Source of the DNA: Sulfolobales archaeon
GTDB lineage: Archaea > Thermoproteota > Thermoprotei_A > Sulfolobales > NBVN01
Length of the DNA stretch: 64,000 nucleotides
Direction: 5' to 3'
NCBI GenBank assembly: GCA_038841535.1
Contig: JAWBTQ010000006.1
Coordinates: forward strand, 12,300-76,299
Of this stretch, positions 52,322 to 62,186 are shown in pieces (position 1 is the stretch's first letter; each line of letters begins with the position of its first letter). Below the pieces are notes generated by a model that was not told the DNA's origin, searched no databases, and was given only the letters and a program-made list of their open reading frames with translations. The position numbers were made by a program, and so were the translations under genes.

Positions 52322-53059
52322 CTATATAGGGTATAGTAAAGTTCTTTTCCGCTGGTTTCCGTAGTTACCAAGTCTAACTCTGAGTGAGTGAAGTAACCTC
52401 TTTCTTACCAAAACAGGTAACCTAAAAATCTCAAGGCTGAAGTTGTAGTAAGGCTTAACCCTCGCTTTCCTAATGCTCTCAATCATTTCTTCAGCGCTGG
52501 CGTTATCAGCATCTACTAGCGTATAAGCCGAACCTATCAGCTCTAAGATGTGGGCATCACTTCCAGAGACTCTGCACTCTTTGTCTTGGGAAGAGTAGAT
52601 GGTGTAGATATTCGTTAATACGTCTGAGGAAGAGTTATATACTTCGACGCAGTTTACGTACTTTAGTTCGAATAGTCTTCCGCAGCCTTTTCTTATTAGC
52701 GCAAACGGGTGGACCGCTATGGTAACGCAGTTTTCTCTAGCCACCATATCTAACAATGAGGTGAACTCTATGTGCATCAAGGCAGCGTTTTTAGACTTCA
52801 GCCGCACTACGGAACTCACTGGCACATGTTCACATAGAACTAATACATCGCCAAGTTCTGTTCTGAATTCAGCACCTGGTATGACAGTGATTCTACTCTT
52901 TCTTCTTAAAGCAATGTAAGACCCAAGAAATGTATCGTGGTCTGTTATAGAAATAGCATTTAAACCCATCAACTCAGCGTACCTTACTACCTCCTCAGGA
53001 CTTAGCTCTCCATCACTCACATAGCTATGAATGTGTGGGTCAACCTTGAACTTGCTTAT
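52322..53059 (-). CDS. PHP-domain phosphoesterase; probable ATA start at 53059
   Basis: DPHIHSYVSDG lies upstream of the ORF-track GTG; ITDHD, GAE, HPF, EVYN, GSDAH. Confidence 0.88.
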   Translation of the reverse strand: MSKFKVDPHIHSYVSDGELSPEEVVRYAELMGLNAISITDHDTFLGSYIALRRKSRITVIPGAEFRTELGDVLVLCEHVPVSSVVRLKSKNAALMHIEFTSLLDMVARENCVTIAVHPFALIRKGCGRLFELKYVNCVEVYNSSSDVLTNIYTIYSSQDKECRVSGSDAHILELIGSAYTLVDADNASAEEMIESIRKARVKPYYNFSLEIFRLPVLVRKRLLHSLRVRLGNYGNQRKRTLLYPI

Positions 53060-54464
53060 AGTACGTCCCCCGCGCCCTCTTTTCGAACCATTCTATGGAC
53101 AGTCTAAGAGCCTTCACTGCTTCCTCTGGTGACTTAAAGTACGGTATTCTCAGTTTTCTCTCTATGATCTTAGCATGTCTCTCCGTATACTCTCCTCCCG
53201 GAGCCACTAAAACCATGGGCTTCGTCGTCCGACTACGTATGTCCTGCAGCTGTTCTACAAATTTATGTGGGTCAAATGCTGGTGACTGCATTAAGGTAAT
53301 TATCAGTACCGAATCGACGTTGATGTCGTTGATCACTAAGTCTATAGCAGCCCTATACCTCTCCGGCGGGGCGTCCCCCAAGAGATCGACAGGGTTCAGT
53401 GGGGATGCCGCTGAAGGTAGAGCTCTTCTTAAGCTTTCAATAGTTTCTTTTGATAGATTAGCTATCCTTAAACCCTCAGCTTCGGTGGCATCTACTGCTA
53501 GTACTCCAGCTCCACCACCATTCGTCACAATCGCAATACCTCTGCCCTTTGGAGGTTCGAACCACTCAAAAAGCTTCAAGACTCCGACCATTTCACTTAC
53601 GCTATCCACTACTATAGCCCCCGCCTGCCTCACAGCGTAAAGGAAGACTTCTGAGGGACTCGATAAAGCTCCGGTATGCGACACCGCAGCCCTAACTCCG
53701 GACGGGGTTCTGCCTCCCTTGAGTATCACAACAGGCTTTCCGGCAGCAGCTGCCTTCCTTAAGCTATTTAAGAATTCTCTTCCGCTATCAACACCTTCGA
53801 CATAGAGAGAGATTATTCTTGTTTCTCCGTCATACGCTAAGTACTCTATGAGCTCCCATTCCTTTATGTCAGCAGCGTTTCCGTAGCTCACAAACTTGCT
53901 CATCCCGATCCCGGCTTCAGATAGCCAGTCTAATAGGGCAGCCCCCAAAGCACCTGACTGAGAAAGAAAAGCTACACTACCTGGGCTAGGTTTAGATTGT
54001 CTATCCCCAGGGTTAAAAATTGTGTCAACCCCTGTCCAGGCATCATAGACCCCGAGACAATTAGGACCCAGTATTCGCATACCGCAAGTCCGAGCTCTCT
54101 TCACTAACTCTATCTCTAGTCTCGCACCATCTTCTCCTATCTCCTTAAAGCCCGCACTCACAACTATAGAGACTCTGACCCCTAGCTTGCAAAGTTCCTC
54201 AACTACCTTGAGTGTGCTAGCTGCTGGAATCGCCACAACGGCCAAATCAGGGGTCTTTGGTAGCTCATCAATACCTTTATAGCACTTAAGACCTAGAACC
54301 GTTTCATATTTTACGTTCACTGGATATACTTCCCCCCTAAACCCCCTCAATAAGTTCTCCATTATAGCTCTTCCAACAGTACCCTGCTTTTCAGACGCCC
54401 CAATAACAGCTATAGTCCCCGGATTGAACAGCTTCTCTATGTATGTTTGTCCCAGTTTATACAC
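53040..54464 (-). CDS. ADP-forming acetate/acyl-CoA ligase alpha subunit
   Basis: AVIGAS, GPNCLG, SQSGA, SHTGAL, TNGGG, NPVD. Confidence 0.92.
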   Translation of the reverse strand: MYKLGQTYIEKLFNPGTIAVIGASEKQGTVGRAIMENLLRGFRGEVYPVNVKYETVLGLKCYKGIDELPKTPDLAVVAIPAASTLKVVEELCKLGVRVSIVVSAGFKEIGEDGARLEIELVKRARTCGMRILGPNCLGVYDAWTGVDTIFNPGDRQSKPSPGSVAFLSQSGALGAALLDWLSEAGIGMSKFVSYGNAADIKEWELIEYLAYDGETRIISLYVEGVDSGREFLNSLRKAAAAGKPVVILKGGRTPSGVRAAVSHTGALSSPSEVFLYAVRQAGAIVVDSVSEMVGVLKLFEWFEPPKGRGIAIVTNGGGAGVLAVDATEAEGLRIANLSKETIESLRRALPSAASPLNPVDLLGDAPPERYRAAIDLVINDINVDSVLIITLMQSPAFDPHKFVEQLQDIRSRTTKPMVLVAPGGEYTERHAKIIERKLRIPYFKSPEEAVKALRLSIEWFEKRARGTYYKQVQG

Positions 54465-54534
54465 CGTAAATTACTGAGCTAACATATTTTATCTTGTGAA
54501 GAAGAAACCCTCAAGAAGAACGGTATCTCTCGTA

Positions 54535-55320
54535 CTAACGACTCAGTGTAAGATACCTAAAGATCTTGTATTTGTGTAGACCGAAGCTTTCAATAGTTCT
54601 CTCCCAACTTCCTTCAACAGCAAATATTGCTACAAGTGCCGCTGGTTGAGCCCCACCTTTTTTAACTAAAGTAAGTGCTGCTTCTAGTAGTTCCTTGTTG
54701 TTAAGTAGTAGGGTAGCCAAGATTACTTTTCCTTTTTTCGGGATGCAGCCCTTGCTTACAGCTATAAAGTCTAACTCCATAGAACTATCCCTAAAGTACT
54801 CTACAAGAGCTTCACCTAACGAGACGGACTTCGTAGTTACGCAAACGTCTCCCCTAATCCAGTGGCTAATTACAGCACCCAGGACACCCGATTCCTCGGG
54901 GAAAGCTAGCACACCGTCGATATTCTCACCATTTAAAAGCTCTAGTGTTTCGAAAGCAACTAGATCGAGAAAACCTATGTTCTTAATTATAGACCAGATA
55001 TCGCTCAGGTCTTTAGCTTTCATAAAGTTCTTCTCGAAAGTATTCTCTATAAGCTTCTTCTCCTTGATAATCTGTATCAATCTCTTAGCTGTTCCTTCTT
55101 CAGGAGTAGTTAAAAAGTTAGTATATCTCCACAGCATTTGATATGGTATCCCGAGTATCTCCTCTAGCTCCTTAAATGTATAAAAGTCCTTAAGTGCGGA
55201 CAAAAGCTTCATAGTAAGCACTTTAACATCCCGCCTCAAAGGGTGAACTATCTCACTCAGCTCACTCATTGCAACCATCCTAGTACTCGAAAGAGGCTTA
55301 AAAACCTCAGCTAGAGACAA
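54535..55320 (-). CDS. HTH + phosphoribosyltransferase-fold regulator
   Basis: YTFKELEEILGIPYQMLWRY HTH followed by a degenerate PRT domain. Confidence 0.7.
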   Translation of the reverse strand: MSLAEVFKPLSSTRMVAMSELSEIVHPLRRDVKVLTMKLLSALKDFYTFKELEEILGIPYQMLWRYTNFLTTPEEGTAKRLIQIIKEKKLIENTFEKNFMKAKDLSDIWSIIKNIGFLDLVAFETLELLNGENIDGVLAFPEESGVLGAVISHWIRGDVCVTTKSVSLGEALVEYFRDSSMELDFIAVSKGCIPKKGKVILATLLLNNKELLEAALTLVKKGGAQPAALVAIFAVEGSWERTIESFGLHKYKIFRYLTLSR

Positions 55321-55509
55321 TCTAGGCTAGCTGTTTTACCGCAACACGTGCTGAGCACCTAAAATCCGCAGTTTACGCAGTTCTCCTACTCCCAAATACC
55401 TAGAATGTTAGCGGTTATGTACTAAAGAAGCTGAAAAAGCTTTCAGCCACCGAAGCTCGAGGTAAGCGATAAAGTTGATTAAGTAAGTAGCAAATGATGG
55501 GGGGTTTAG

Positions 55510-55600
55510 TAGCGGGGGGTGGATTTGAACCACCGACCTCGGGGTCTCACAGGGCTATTCCATATGAGCCCCGCGGGCTACCAGGCTACCCCACCCCGCT
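55510..55600 (-). tRNA. Initiator tRNA-Met(CAT) with 17-nt intron (~55546-55562)
   Basis: A1-U72 (AGCGGGG/CCCCGCT), three consecutive G-C pairs in the anticodon stem, CTCATA loop. Confidence 0.93.
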
Positions 55601-55705
55601 GTCTTGACCCCCCATTAGCTTTAGTAGTAATTTGAACTTATAAGCTCATGTCCCACAGCTTAAGTGCGCTCGTTATCGTGACAGCACTTTAAATGCTATT
55701 CAAGC

Positions 55706-57043
55706 TTACTTAGACAGCATCTTTACCGCTCTATAGTACACTGCTGGCATTAGCTTGAGGGACTCTACCTCTACGTACTCGTTGTCTCCATGCATGTTGC
55801 CTCCTCTGGGACCTATGTCTACGGCTTCAACACCTAAAGACGTAAAGTACCTAGAATCGCTTGCTCCAGCTCCCTCTGCGAGGTATGGTCTAACTCCTAC
55901 TTCTTCAAGAGAAGTAACTAGAGACTCAACAACCTTAGACCTTGGTGAAGTATTTAGGTAGCCACCCACATCAGTCCTGACGCTGATGACAGCGTCGTAT
56001 AGAGATTCACTAAGTACTTCTCTAAGTGACTCCTCCACGTCTTCTTTTAAAGACATCGCCCGGACATCGAACACTACTCTATGGCATCCCTCTGAGAAGC
56101 TGTAAACGTTTGGAGTAATGGAGACACCGTACTCACTGTAAGCCCTAGTTCTAATGGGAGCTCTTACGATAGGCAGTAATGCCCTCACCAACTCGGTAAG
56201 TCCCTCGTCTATCTCCACATCTTCTCCTCGAGGGTCTGGAATTACGTACTCGACCTCTGCCTCCGGAGGGATGACGTTTGACTTCAAAAATGCTCCCCTA
56301 ATAGTTCTAACAAATGCGTTATTCTCTCTAATAAAAACTGACGCCGACACTAGTGGGTGCGAGTCGACACTACCTATGAAGTAGGCCGCATGAGCATGCT
56401 GAGAAACCGGGTAATATGCTGTGAACTTAACGGTTCTGAGACTACCCTTGATTAAGGTTTTTCTCGACTTGACGCGCACTTCCGCACTAAAGCTCTTTCT
56501 CCTCCTAACTATAGGAACCATGCCAGTACCATCTCCATTTATTAAGTACTTTGGAAGCGTTCCCTCGGCTTGCAGTTTTTGAGAAACTACGAGAGCACCG
56601 TTACTACCTCCTATTTCCTCGTCTCCCGTAAGAGCAAATACAACTCCGAAATCCGGTTGATGAGCTTTAAGCTTTTCGAGAGCTACGAGAATGGACGCTA
56701 CATTCGATTTATCGTCCAGTGCTCCACGGCCGTAAGCCCTTCCACCGGCTATAGTGAGCTTAAATGGATCATAGCTCCACCTCTCAGGTGCTACCGGAAC
56801 TGTGTCGTAGTGCGCGAGAAGCCCTACGCAAGGGGGCTTCTGCCCCAAATAACCAAAGACGCTATAGTAACCACTCGATTCAATAATGTCAGAGTAGATC
56901 TCGTGCTTACTCAGCCATTCAAATATGAAATCTGCTATTTCGCGAGTGGGTTTTACCCCTCTATTAGGGTCGTTTACCGTGTTATACGATACTAATGTAT
57001 CAAGTAGCTTAATTATATCAGACTCCACGGTCAAGCTAGTCAC
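55706..57043 (-). CDS. M20/M25/M40 metallo-hydrolase
   Basis: AHYDTVP, GRGALDDK, GDEEIGG, GASD, HGDNE. Confidence 0.92.
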   Translation of the reverse strand: MTSLTVESDIIKLLDTLVSYNTVNDPNRGVKPTREIADFIFEWLSKHEIYSDIIESSGYYSVFGYLGQKPPCVGLLAHYDTVPVAPERWSYDPFKLTIAGGRAYGRGALDDKSNVASILVALEKLKAHQPDFGVVFALTGDEEIGGSNGALVVSQKLQAEGTLPKYLINGDGTGMVPIVRRRKSFSAEVRVKSRKTLIKGSLRTVKFTAYYPVSQHAHAAYFIGSVDSHPLVSASVFIRENNAFVRTIRGAFLKSNVIPPEAEVEYVIPDPRGEDVEIDEGLTELVRALLPIVRAPIRTRAYSEYGVSITPNVYSFSEGCHRVVFDVRAMSLKEDVEESLREVLSESLYDAVISVRTDVGGYLNTSPRSKVVESLVTSLEEVGVRPYLAEGAGASDSRYFTSLGVEAVDIGPRGGNMHGDNEYVEVESLKLMPAVYYRAVKMLSK

Positions 57044-57299
57044 CGACCTACGCTACACATAGAATTTAATAAGTCCACAATAACAAGGAACTAGTTTAAT
57101 AGCTCGAGCCTTCAGCTACCTAAAGCCCTAGGTCCGTCAATCACAAATATAGCGCTCGGTCTAGCTACTACAAAGTCACATAGGTAGGTCTCCTCAAGGC
57201 AGAGGTTACCGTTAGATTAAAAAGCGGCTAGCATAGTGGCTAGGTCATTATTCGCCAGGCGTTTTTAATACACCGCATAGTGCAGGTAATAGTAGGAGG

Positions 57300-59969
57300 A
57301 TGACCTTACAGAAACATTCAAAAACCGAGAAAAGTGCGTCTAGTCTAGAAGCTTACGCAGTAAAGAATGTAGTTAAAGACCTAGGGAGCTACATAGTTAA
57401 GGTAAGAATCAGCAAAAAACACCTAAATAGCAACTACGTAGCTGGTTCGACATCATATGAAGTAACTAACACTATCCACAAAGCGTACCTACTTGGTACA
57501 TACTACTCCGGCGAGCTTGGTAAGGCGTACATGAAGTTCTACTCAGAAGAAGAGAATAAAGTCTACGTAGTCTTTGACCCCACAGGACACAAACCATACT
57601 TTCTTACAGATTCAATACCAGAGGAGTTAGCCAGCAATAGAAAACTCATTGAGCACCCCTCTTTTGAGTCTTTTGAACTAGTGGAAAAATTTGACTTACT
57701 CAGGATGAAGCGTGTTTCGTTGACGAAGGTCGTAACTAAGGACCCTCTGGCTGTGAGAGAGCTTAGGAATTACGCGAATAACTCTTATGAAGCTAAGATA
57801 AAGTACCACCATAACTACATATACGACCTACAGCTTATACCCGGGATGCGGTACACCATAGTGAACGGTAAGATAGTTCGTAATAAAACTACAATAAGCG
57901 AGGGTACTATAGCTCTCGTATCGAGGCTTACCGAGGGGTACTCACCAGAGAAGAAAGCCTTTTTCATGGAGTTTGCTGAACTTTTCGAAGAAAAACCTCC
58001 AGAACCCAGGATTTTAGCGATCGACATAGAGGTATATACTCCAATCGAGACCCGAATTCCGGATCCAGAGGAAGCCAACTACCCAATAATAAGTGTAGCT
58101 TTAGCTGGTTCAGACCACCTCAGAAAAGTATTGATTCTCTCACGACAAGCAGAGTTCGGTAATATAAACACCATACCTAAAGACTGTGCCGTTGAGCTAC
58201 TAGACAGCGAGAGGTCCTTGCTTCTGGAGCTTTTTAGGATAGTCGAGTCATACAACATAGTTCTAACCTTTAATGGTGACTCGTTCGACTTGCCATACGT
58301 AATCAACAGAGCTCTAGCTTTAGGGATAGAGAGATCCGCAATTCCATTTGAAGTCGTTGAAGACTACGTAACGCTAAGACATGGTGCTCACGTCGACCTC
58401 TTTAGATTCTTTGATATAGAAGCAATACAGAACTACGCTTTCGGTTCAGCATACAAAGAAAAGACCTTGGACGCCATAGCGCGAGCCCTCCTGGGCGAGT
58501 CAAAGGTCGAAATAGAGGTAGGTGTTTCTTCTCTAAGTGTGTGCGATTTAGTTAGATATAATATGAGAGACGCAGAACTCACACTAAAACTTGTCACCTT
58601 TAACAACAACCTAGTTTGGAAGCTTATCGTATTGATAATGCGTATATCCAAGCTAGGTTTAGAAGAAGTTACAAGAAGAAAAGTTTCAGCATGGATTAAG
58701 AGTTTACTCTTCTGGGAACACAGAAGGAGAGGGTACCTCATACCTAATCAATCAGACATCTTGTCACTCAAGGGTGAAGTCAAGACCACGTCCAAGCTGG
58801 GAAAGAGATTTGCTGGAGCTATAGTCATAGAGCCCATATCGGGAGTTTACTTTAACGTAACCGTACTAGATTTCGCGTCTCTGTATCCGTCTATAATGGT
58901 AGTATGGAACTTAAGTTATGAAACTATAGACCCACCGCCGGGTCTTTGTAAGAAGCTTGCCGACGTAAGGGACGAATCGGGCAACGTCCTTCATAGAGTA
59001 TGCTTGGATTTTGAGGGAATAACCTCTCAAACTATATCTATATTAAGAGAATTTAGAGTAAAGGTTTACAAGAAACTAGCAAAAGACAAGAATCTCTCTG
59101 AGGAGCTGAGAAGCTGGTATGATGTAGTACAGTCAGCAATGAAGGTGTTCATTAACGCCAGCTACGGTGTCTTTGGTCACGCAAGCTTCCCCTTCTACAC
59201 ACCAGCATTAGCAGAATCTGTGACTGCTATTGGAAGACACGTCATTACGTCTACTCTGGAGATAGCTACTAAACACGGCTTAAAGGTACTTTACGGGGAT
59301 ACAGACTCTCTCTTTATCTGGAATCCCGATCGAGACGCTCTCGAGAACTTAGTTAAAGAAGTTTCGGACAGGTTTAAACTGGAAATCGAAGTAGATAAAA
59401 CGTATAGACACATAGCGTTTGCTCTCAAGAAGAACTACGTTGGTGTTAAAGATAGTGGAGGAGTGGATGTTAAGGGTCTTATGGGGAAAAAGAGGAACGT
59501 ACCCGAGATAGTTAAGAACACGTTTAATCAAGTAGTCGAGGTCTTGAAGACTATAGAACCTAGCGTGGGTTCTATAGAAGCTGTTAAAGAAAAAGTCAAA
59601 GAGTCCGTGAGAACTCTCTACGTCAAGCTTAAGAATAGGGACCTCTCACTTGAGGACGTAGCGTATAGTAACGAACTAAGCAAGGACTTGGGTGAATACA
59701 AGTCTGAAGGACCTCACGTAAAGGCCGCAAAAATGCTGCTAGCTTATAACAGGCAGATTAGGTCAGGTGACGTTATATACTATGTAAAGGTTAAGAGCAA
59801 AGAAAAAGTTAAGCCGATCCAGCTCGCTAGAATAGACGAAATAGACATAAATGAGTATATGGAGGACTCTAGGTCTACTTTAGAGCAGTTACTGATTCCA
59901 TTGAGCATCTCATGGGATGAAGTAGCGGGAGCTCTCCCTCTAGATGTTTATATTAGGAACACGCGCTAA
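57300..59969 (+). CDS. polB1: Family B DNA polymerase PolB1
   Basis: DIEV, FNGDSFD, YNMRD exonuclease motifs; DFASLYPS, KVFINASYGVFG, YGDTDS; no intein. Confidence 0.95.
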   Translation: MTLQKHSKTEKSASSLEAYAVKNVVKDLGSYIVKVRISKKHLNSNYVAGSTSYEVTNTIHKAYLLGTYYSGELGKAYMKFYSEEENKVYVVFDPTGHKPYFLTDSIPEELASNRKLIEHPSFESFELVEKFDLLRMKRVSLTKVVTKDPLAVRELRNYANNSYEAKIKYHHNYIYDLQLIPGMRYTIVNGKIVRNKTTISEGTIALVSRLTEGYSPEKKAFFMEFAELFEEKPPEPRILAIDIEVYTPIETRIPDPEEANYPIISVALAGSDHLRKVLILSRQAEFGNINTIPKDCAVELLDSERSLLLELFRIVESYNIVLTFNGDSFDLPYVINRALALGIERSAIPFEVVEDYVTLRHGAHVDLFRFFDIEAIQNYAFGSAYKEKTLDAIARALLGESKVEIEVGVSSLSVCDLVRYNMRDAELTLKLVTFNNNLVWKLIVLIMRISKLGLEEVTRRKVSAWIKSLLFWEHRRRGYLIPNQSDILSLKGEVKTTSKLGKRFAGAIVIEPISGVYFNVTVLDFASLYPSIMVVWNLSYETIDPPPGLCKKLADVRDESGNVLHRVCLDFEGITSQTISILREFRVKVYKKLAKDKNLSEELRSWYDVVQSAMKVFINASYGVFGHASFPFYTPALAESVTAIGRHVITSTLEIATKHGLKVLYGDTDSLFIWNPDRDALENLVKEVSDRFKLEIEVDKTYRHIAFALKKNYVGVKDSGGVDVKGLMGKKRNVPEIVKNTFNQVVEVLKTIEPSVGSIEAVKEKVKESVRTLYVKLKNRDLSLEDVAYSNELSKDLGEYKSEGPHVKAAKMLLAYNRQIRSGDVIYYVKVKSKEKVKPIQLARIDEIDINEYMEDSRSTLEQLLIPLSISWDEVAGALPLDVYIRNTR

Positions 59970-60105
59970 CGCTTCCCAACCAAGAGCTTTTCGATAAACT
60001 TGTGAGTTAAGTCACCGCAGTGCTCAGCACTCCGCATGCATCGCCTTGTAGAATTGTTTCTGGTTTTGTATTGGTTTTGTAGTGATTGACGCTATTCTCG
60101 GTGAT

Positions 60106-60344
60106 GCGTTAGAGACACCTATAAACGTTTCTATATAGAATGAAGCTTCTCGATGGGAGTGCGGGAGCTTGCAAGGGAGCTTAAAGTCGGCTCACCGGAG
60201 GGAGCCACTGAAGTCAGTCACACAAGATGTAGAGTGCCCGAGGTGCCCCCAACGCCCCCGAGGGTGATGCAGACTCAAGAACGATGCAGGGGAAAGAGGT
60301 GGGGGGATGGCACCACCCAATATAAACAAGCACTAAAACTGAAC
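60106..60344 (+). mobile_element. Internally deleted IS200/IS605 (tnpB-type) mini-element, copy 2, with omega-RNA-like 3' region
   Basis: Homologous to 9057-9287; left hairpin TAGAGAC/GTTTCTA; MGVRELARELKVGSPEGATEVS joined directly to TRC.VP...APNAPEGDADSRTMQGK; ends in CTGAAC. Confidence 0.6.
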
Positions 60345-60386
60345 CCCTTGCCATAGTAGCATAATAAAGTGCCGAGGTATCTGTAA

Positions 60387-60784
60387 GTCTGTGGGCAAGA
60401 GTCGAACGAAACACAATTTCGCCTAAAGGTCGCAGAAGATTTCCTAAACCAAGCACACAGAGCTCTGGATGCTGGAATTACTTCCCTTGGTGCTTTAAGT
60501 CTACTAGCTGTAGAAAACTCTGCTCTTTCTCTCATATCCTGCTTTAAGTACCTCTTGCTACAGAAGACATAGTTGTTGAGCTCAAGTTCTTAGCCAACGA
60601 ATACCTCAATGCTTTAGGGCACTTGAGACAACGTTTTGAAGAGTTTATAGAAATCTCTCAATACGTAATATATACTTACCTCAGTATACTAGCGTATGGA
60701 GACTTTACTACTGGTAAGGCTCCATCAGAGATCTTATCATCAGAAGAAATCTCCGACCTAATGAAGAACTCCGAAAAACTATAA
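60387..60784 (+). pseudogene. HEPN-domain gene, frameshifted
   Basis: Frame A FRLKVAEDFLNQAHRAL...LAVENSALSLISCFK; shift near 60547 to frame B VPLATEDIVVEL...AYGDFTTGKAPSEILS; no start codon in frame A. Confidence 0.7.
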
Positions 60785-61029
60785 AAATCACTAAAAGGCC
60801 TATGGAAGTACTGAATCACTCCTAATACTCAGCAGACCTCCTCTACGAAATTGAGAGTTTACCAGGCTGTTTACCAATTACCCGAATCTTTCCGGATCAT
60901 ATATTCCATCGAAGAACAACTGAAGAGTTAGTCTTGACTGTGAATACTTGAGTTAAGACTTCGTGGAACGATGGATTGAAATATATCTAAATATAAGGCT
61001 TAAGTTGCGTTTGCACTTGGGTGCGATAG

Positions 61030-62184
61030 ATAATTTCAGCAGGCAAGCTATCAATTCTCTTAAGCAAACTGGTGGAGCCATTTACCGGCAGGGATGAAGA
61101 GGGGAGAGTAATAGTGTTGACTCTCCTCTCTAGAGAGCACGCAGTACTAATCGGTGAGCCTGGTACAGCCAAGTCAGCTATGATTAGAAGAGTTAGTGAT
61201 TTACTTAATGCTAAGTTCTTTTCTTATCTGCTGACACGGTTCACAGAACCTTCAGAACTCTTTGGCCCAATAGACATAAAGGCTCTAGAAGAGGGAAAAT
61301 ACGTTAGAATAACGTCTGGAAAGCTTCCTTCAGCCGAGATAGCGTTCTTAGACGAGATTTTTAAAGCTAATTCAGCCATATTAAACGCCCTCAATACTCT
61401 ACTTCAAGAAAGAGTGCTCTATGACGGTTATAGTGAGATAGCTGTTCCTCTTTGGTCTCTCTTTGGAGCTAGTAACGAAGTTCCAGAAGAAATAGAGCTT
61501 TTAGCTTTCTATGACAGGTTCCTCATTAGACATTTCGTTAGACCAGTTCCTGAAAATCTTTGGAAGGACCTATTGGATAAATCCTGGGCTATTGAGAGAG
61601 GTACATACTATAGCGAAGGAAGGACATCTGAGGCAATAATGGATATGAAAGAGCTGAGAAAACTACACGAAGCCGTACTCGAAGTTGACTTAGAGCTGGT
61701 GAAGCACAAAATAACCAAGCTCTTTGCGGCATTTGAGAGCAGGGGCATACACATAAGCGATAGAAGGAAAGGTAAGGCTTTGAAGGTCGTGGCATCAAGC
61801 GCTTTACTGGATGGAAGAAGCAGAGCTCAAGAACAAGACCTCTTAGTTTTAAAGTACTTAGTACCGCGGGATTGGGATGAGCTAGAGAAGGTTAACACAA
61901 TATTATCCGAAGAGTTAAAGACTCCCTACAGGTACTTAAGGGAGTTAAACGAGATAAAGACGAATCTTCAAGAACTCCTTAACTACGTAGTGAGTCTCCA
62001 ACCTGTTGAATCAAAGTATGTCGACTACAGATTTAAGCAGATAATGAGAGATATAGAGCTAACACGCGAGAGAGTGGCTGCTATAGCTTTAGAGTCGCAA
62101 GATCGCACAGTTCAAAGAGCTGCGGAGGAAGTCCTTGACGTTATAGAGCAAATAGCATCTATAATTAGAAAGAGGCTTCCATAG
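61030..62184 (+). CDS. MoxR/RavA-type AAA+ ATPase; probable ATA start at 61030
   Basis: GEPGTAKS, LTRFTEPSELFGP, FLDEIFKA, ASNE, YDRF, SDRR. Confidence 0.92.
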   Translation: MISAGKLSILLSKLVEPFTGRDEEGRVIVLTLLSREHAVLIGEPGTAKSAMIRRVSDLLNAKFFSYLLTRFTEPSELFGPIDIKALEEGKYVRITSGKLPSAEIAFLDEIFKANSAILNALNTLLQERVLYDGYSEIAVPLWSLFGASNEVPEEIELLAFYDRFLIRHFVRPVPENLWKDLLDKSWAIERGTYYSEGRTSEAIMDMKELRKLHEAVLEVDLELVKHKITKLFAAFESRGIHISDRRKGKALKVVASSALLDGRSRAQEQDLLVLKYLVPRDWDELEKVNTILSEELKTPYRYLRELNEIKTNLQELLNYVVSLQPVESKYVDYRFKQIMRDIELTRERVAAIALESQDRTVQRAAEEVLDVIEQIASIIRKRLP

Positions 62185-62186
62185 GT

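Noticed and set aside
60153-60356. 67-aa ORF as an HTH regulator (MGVRELARELK)
   Set aside because: No second HTH helix follows; the ORF is better read as a fusion of element termini, and the homologous copy has stops and frameshifts.
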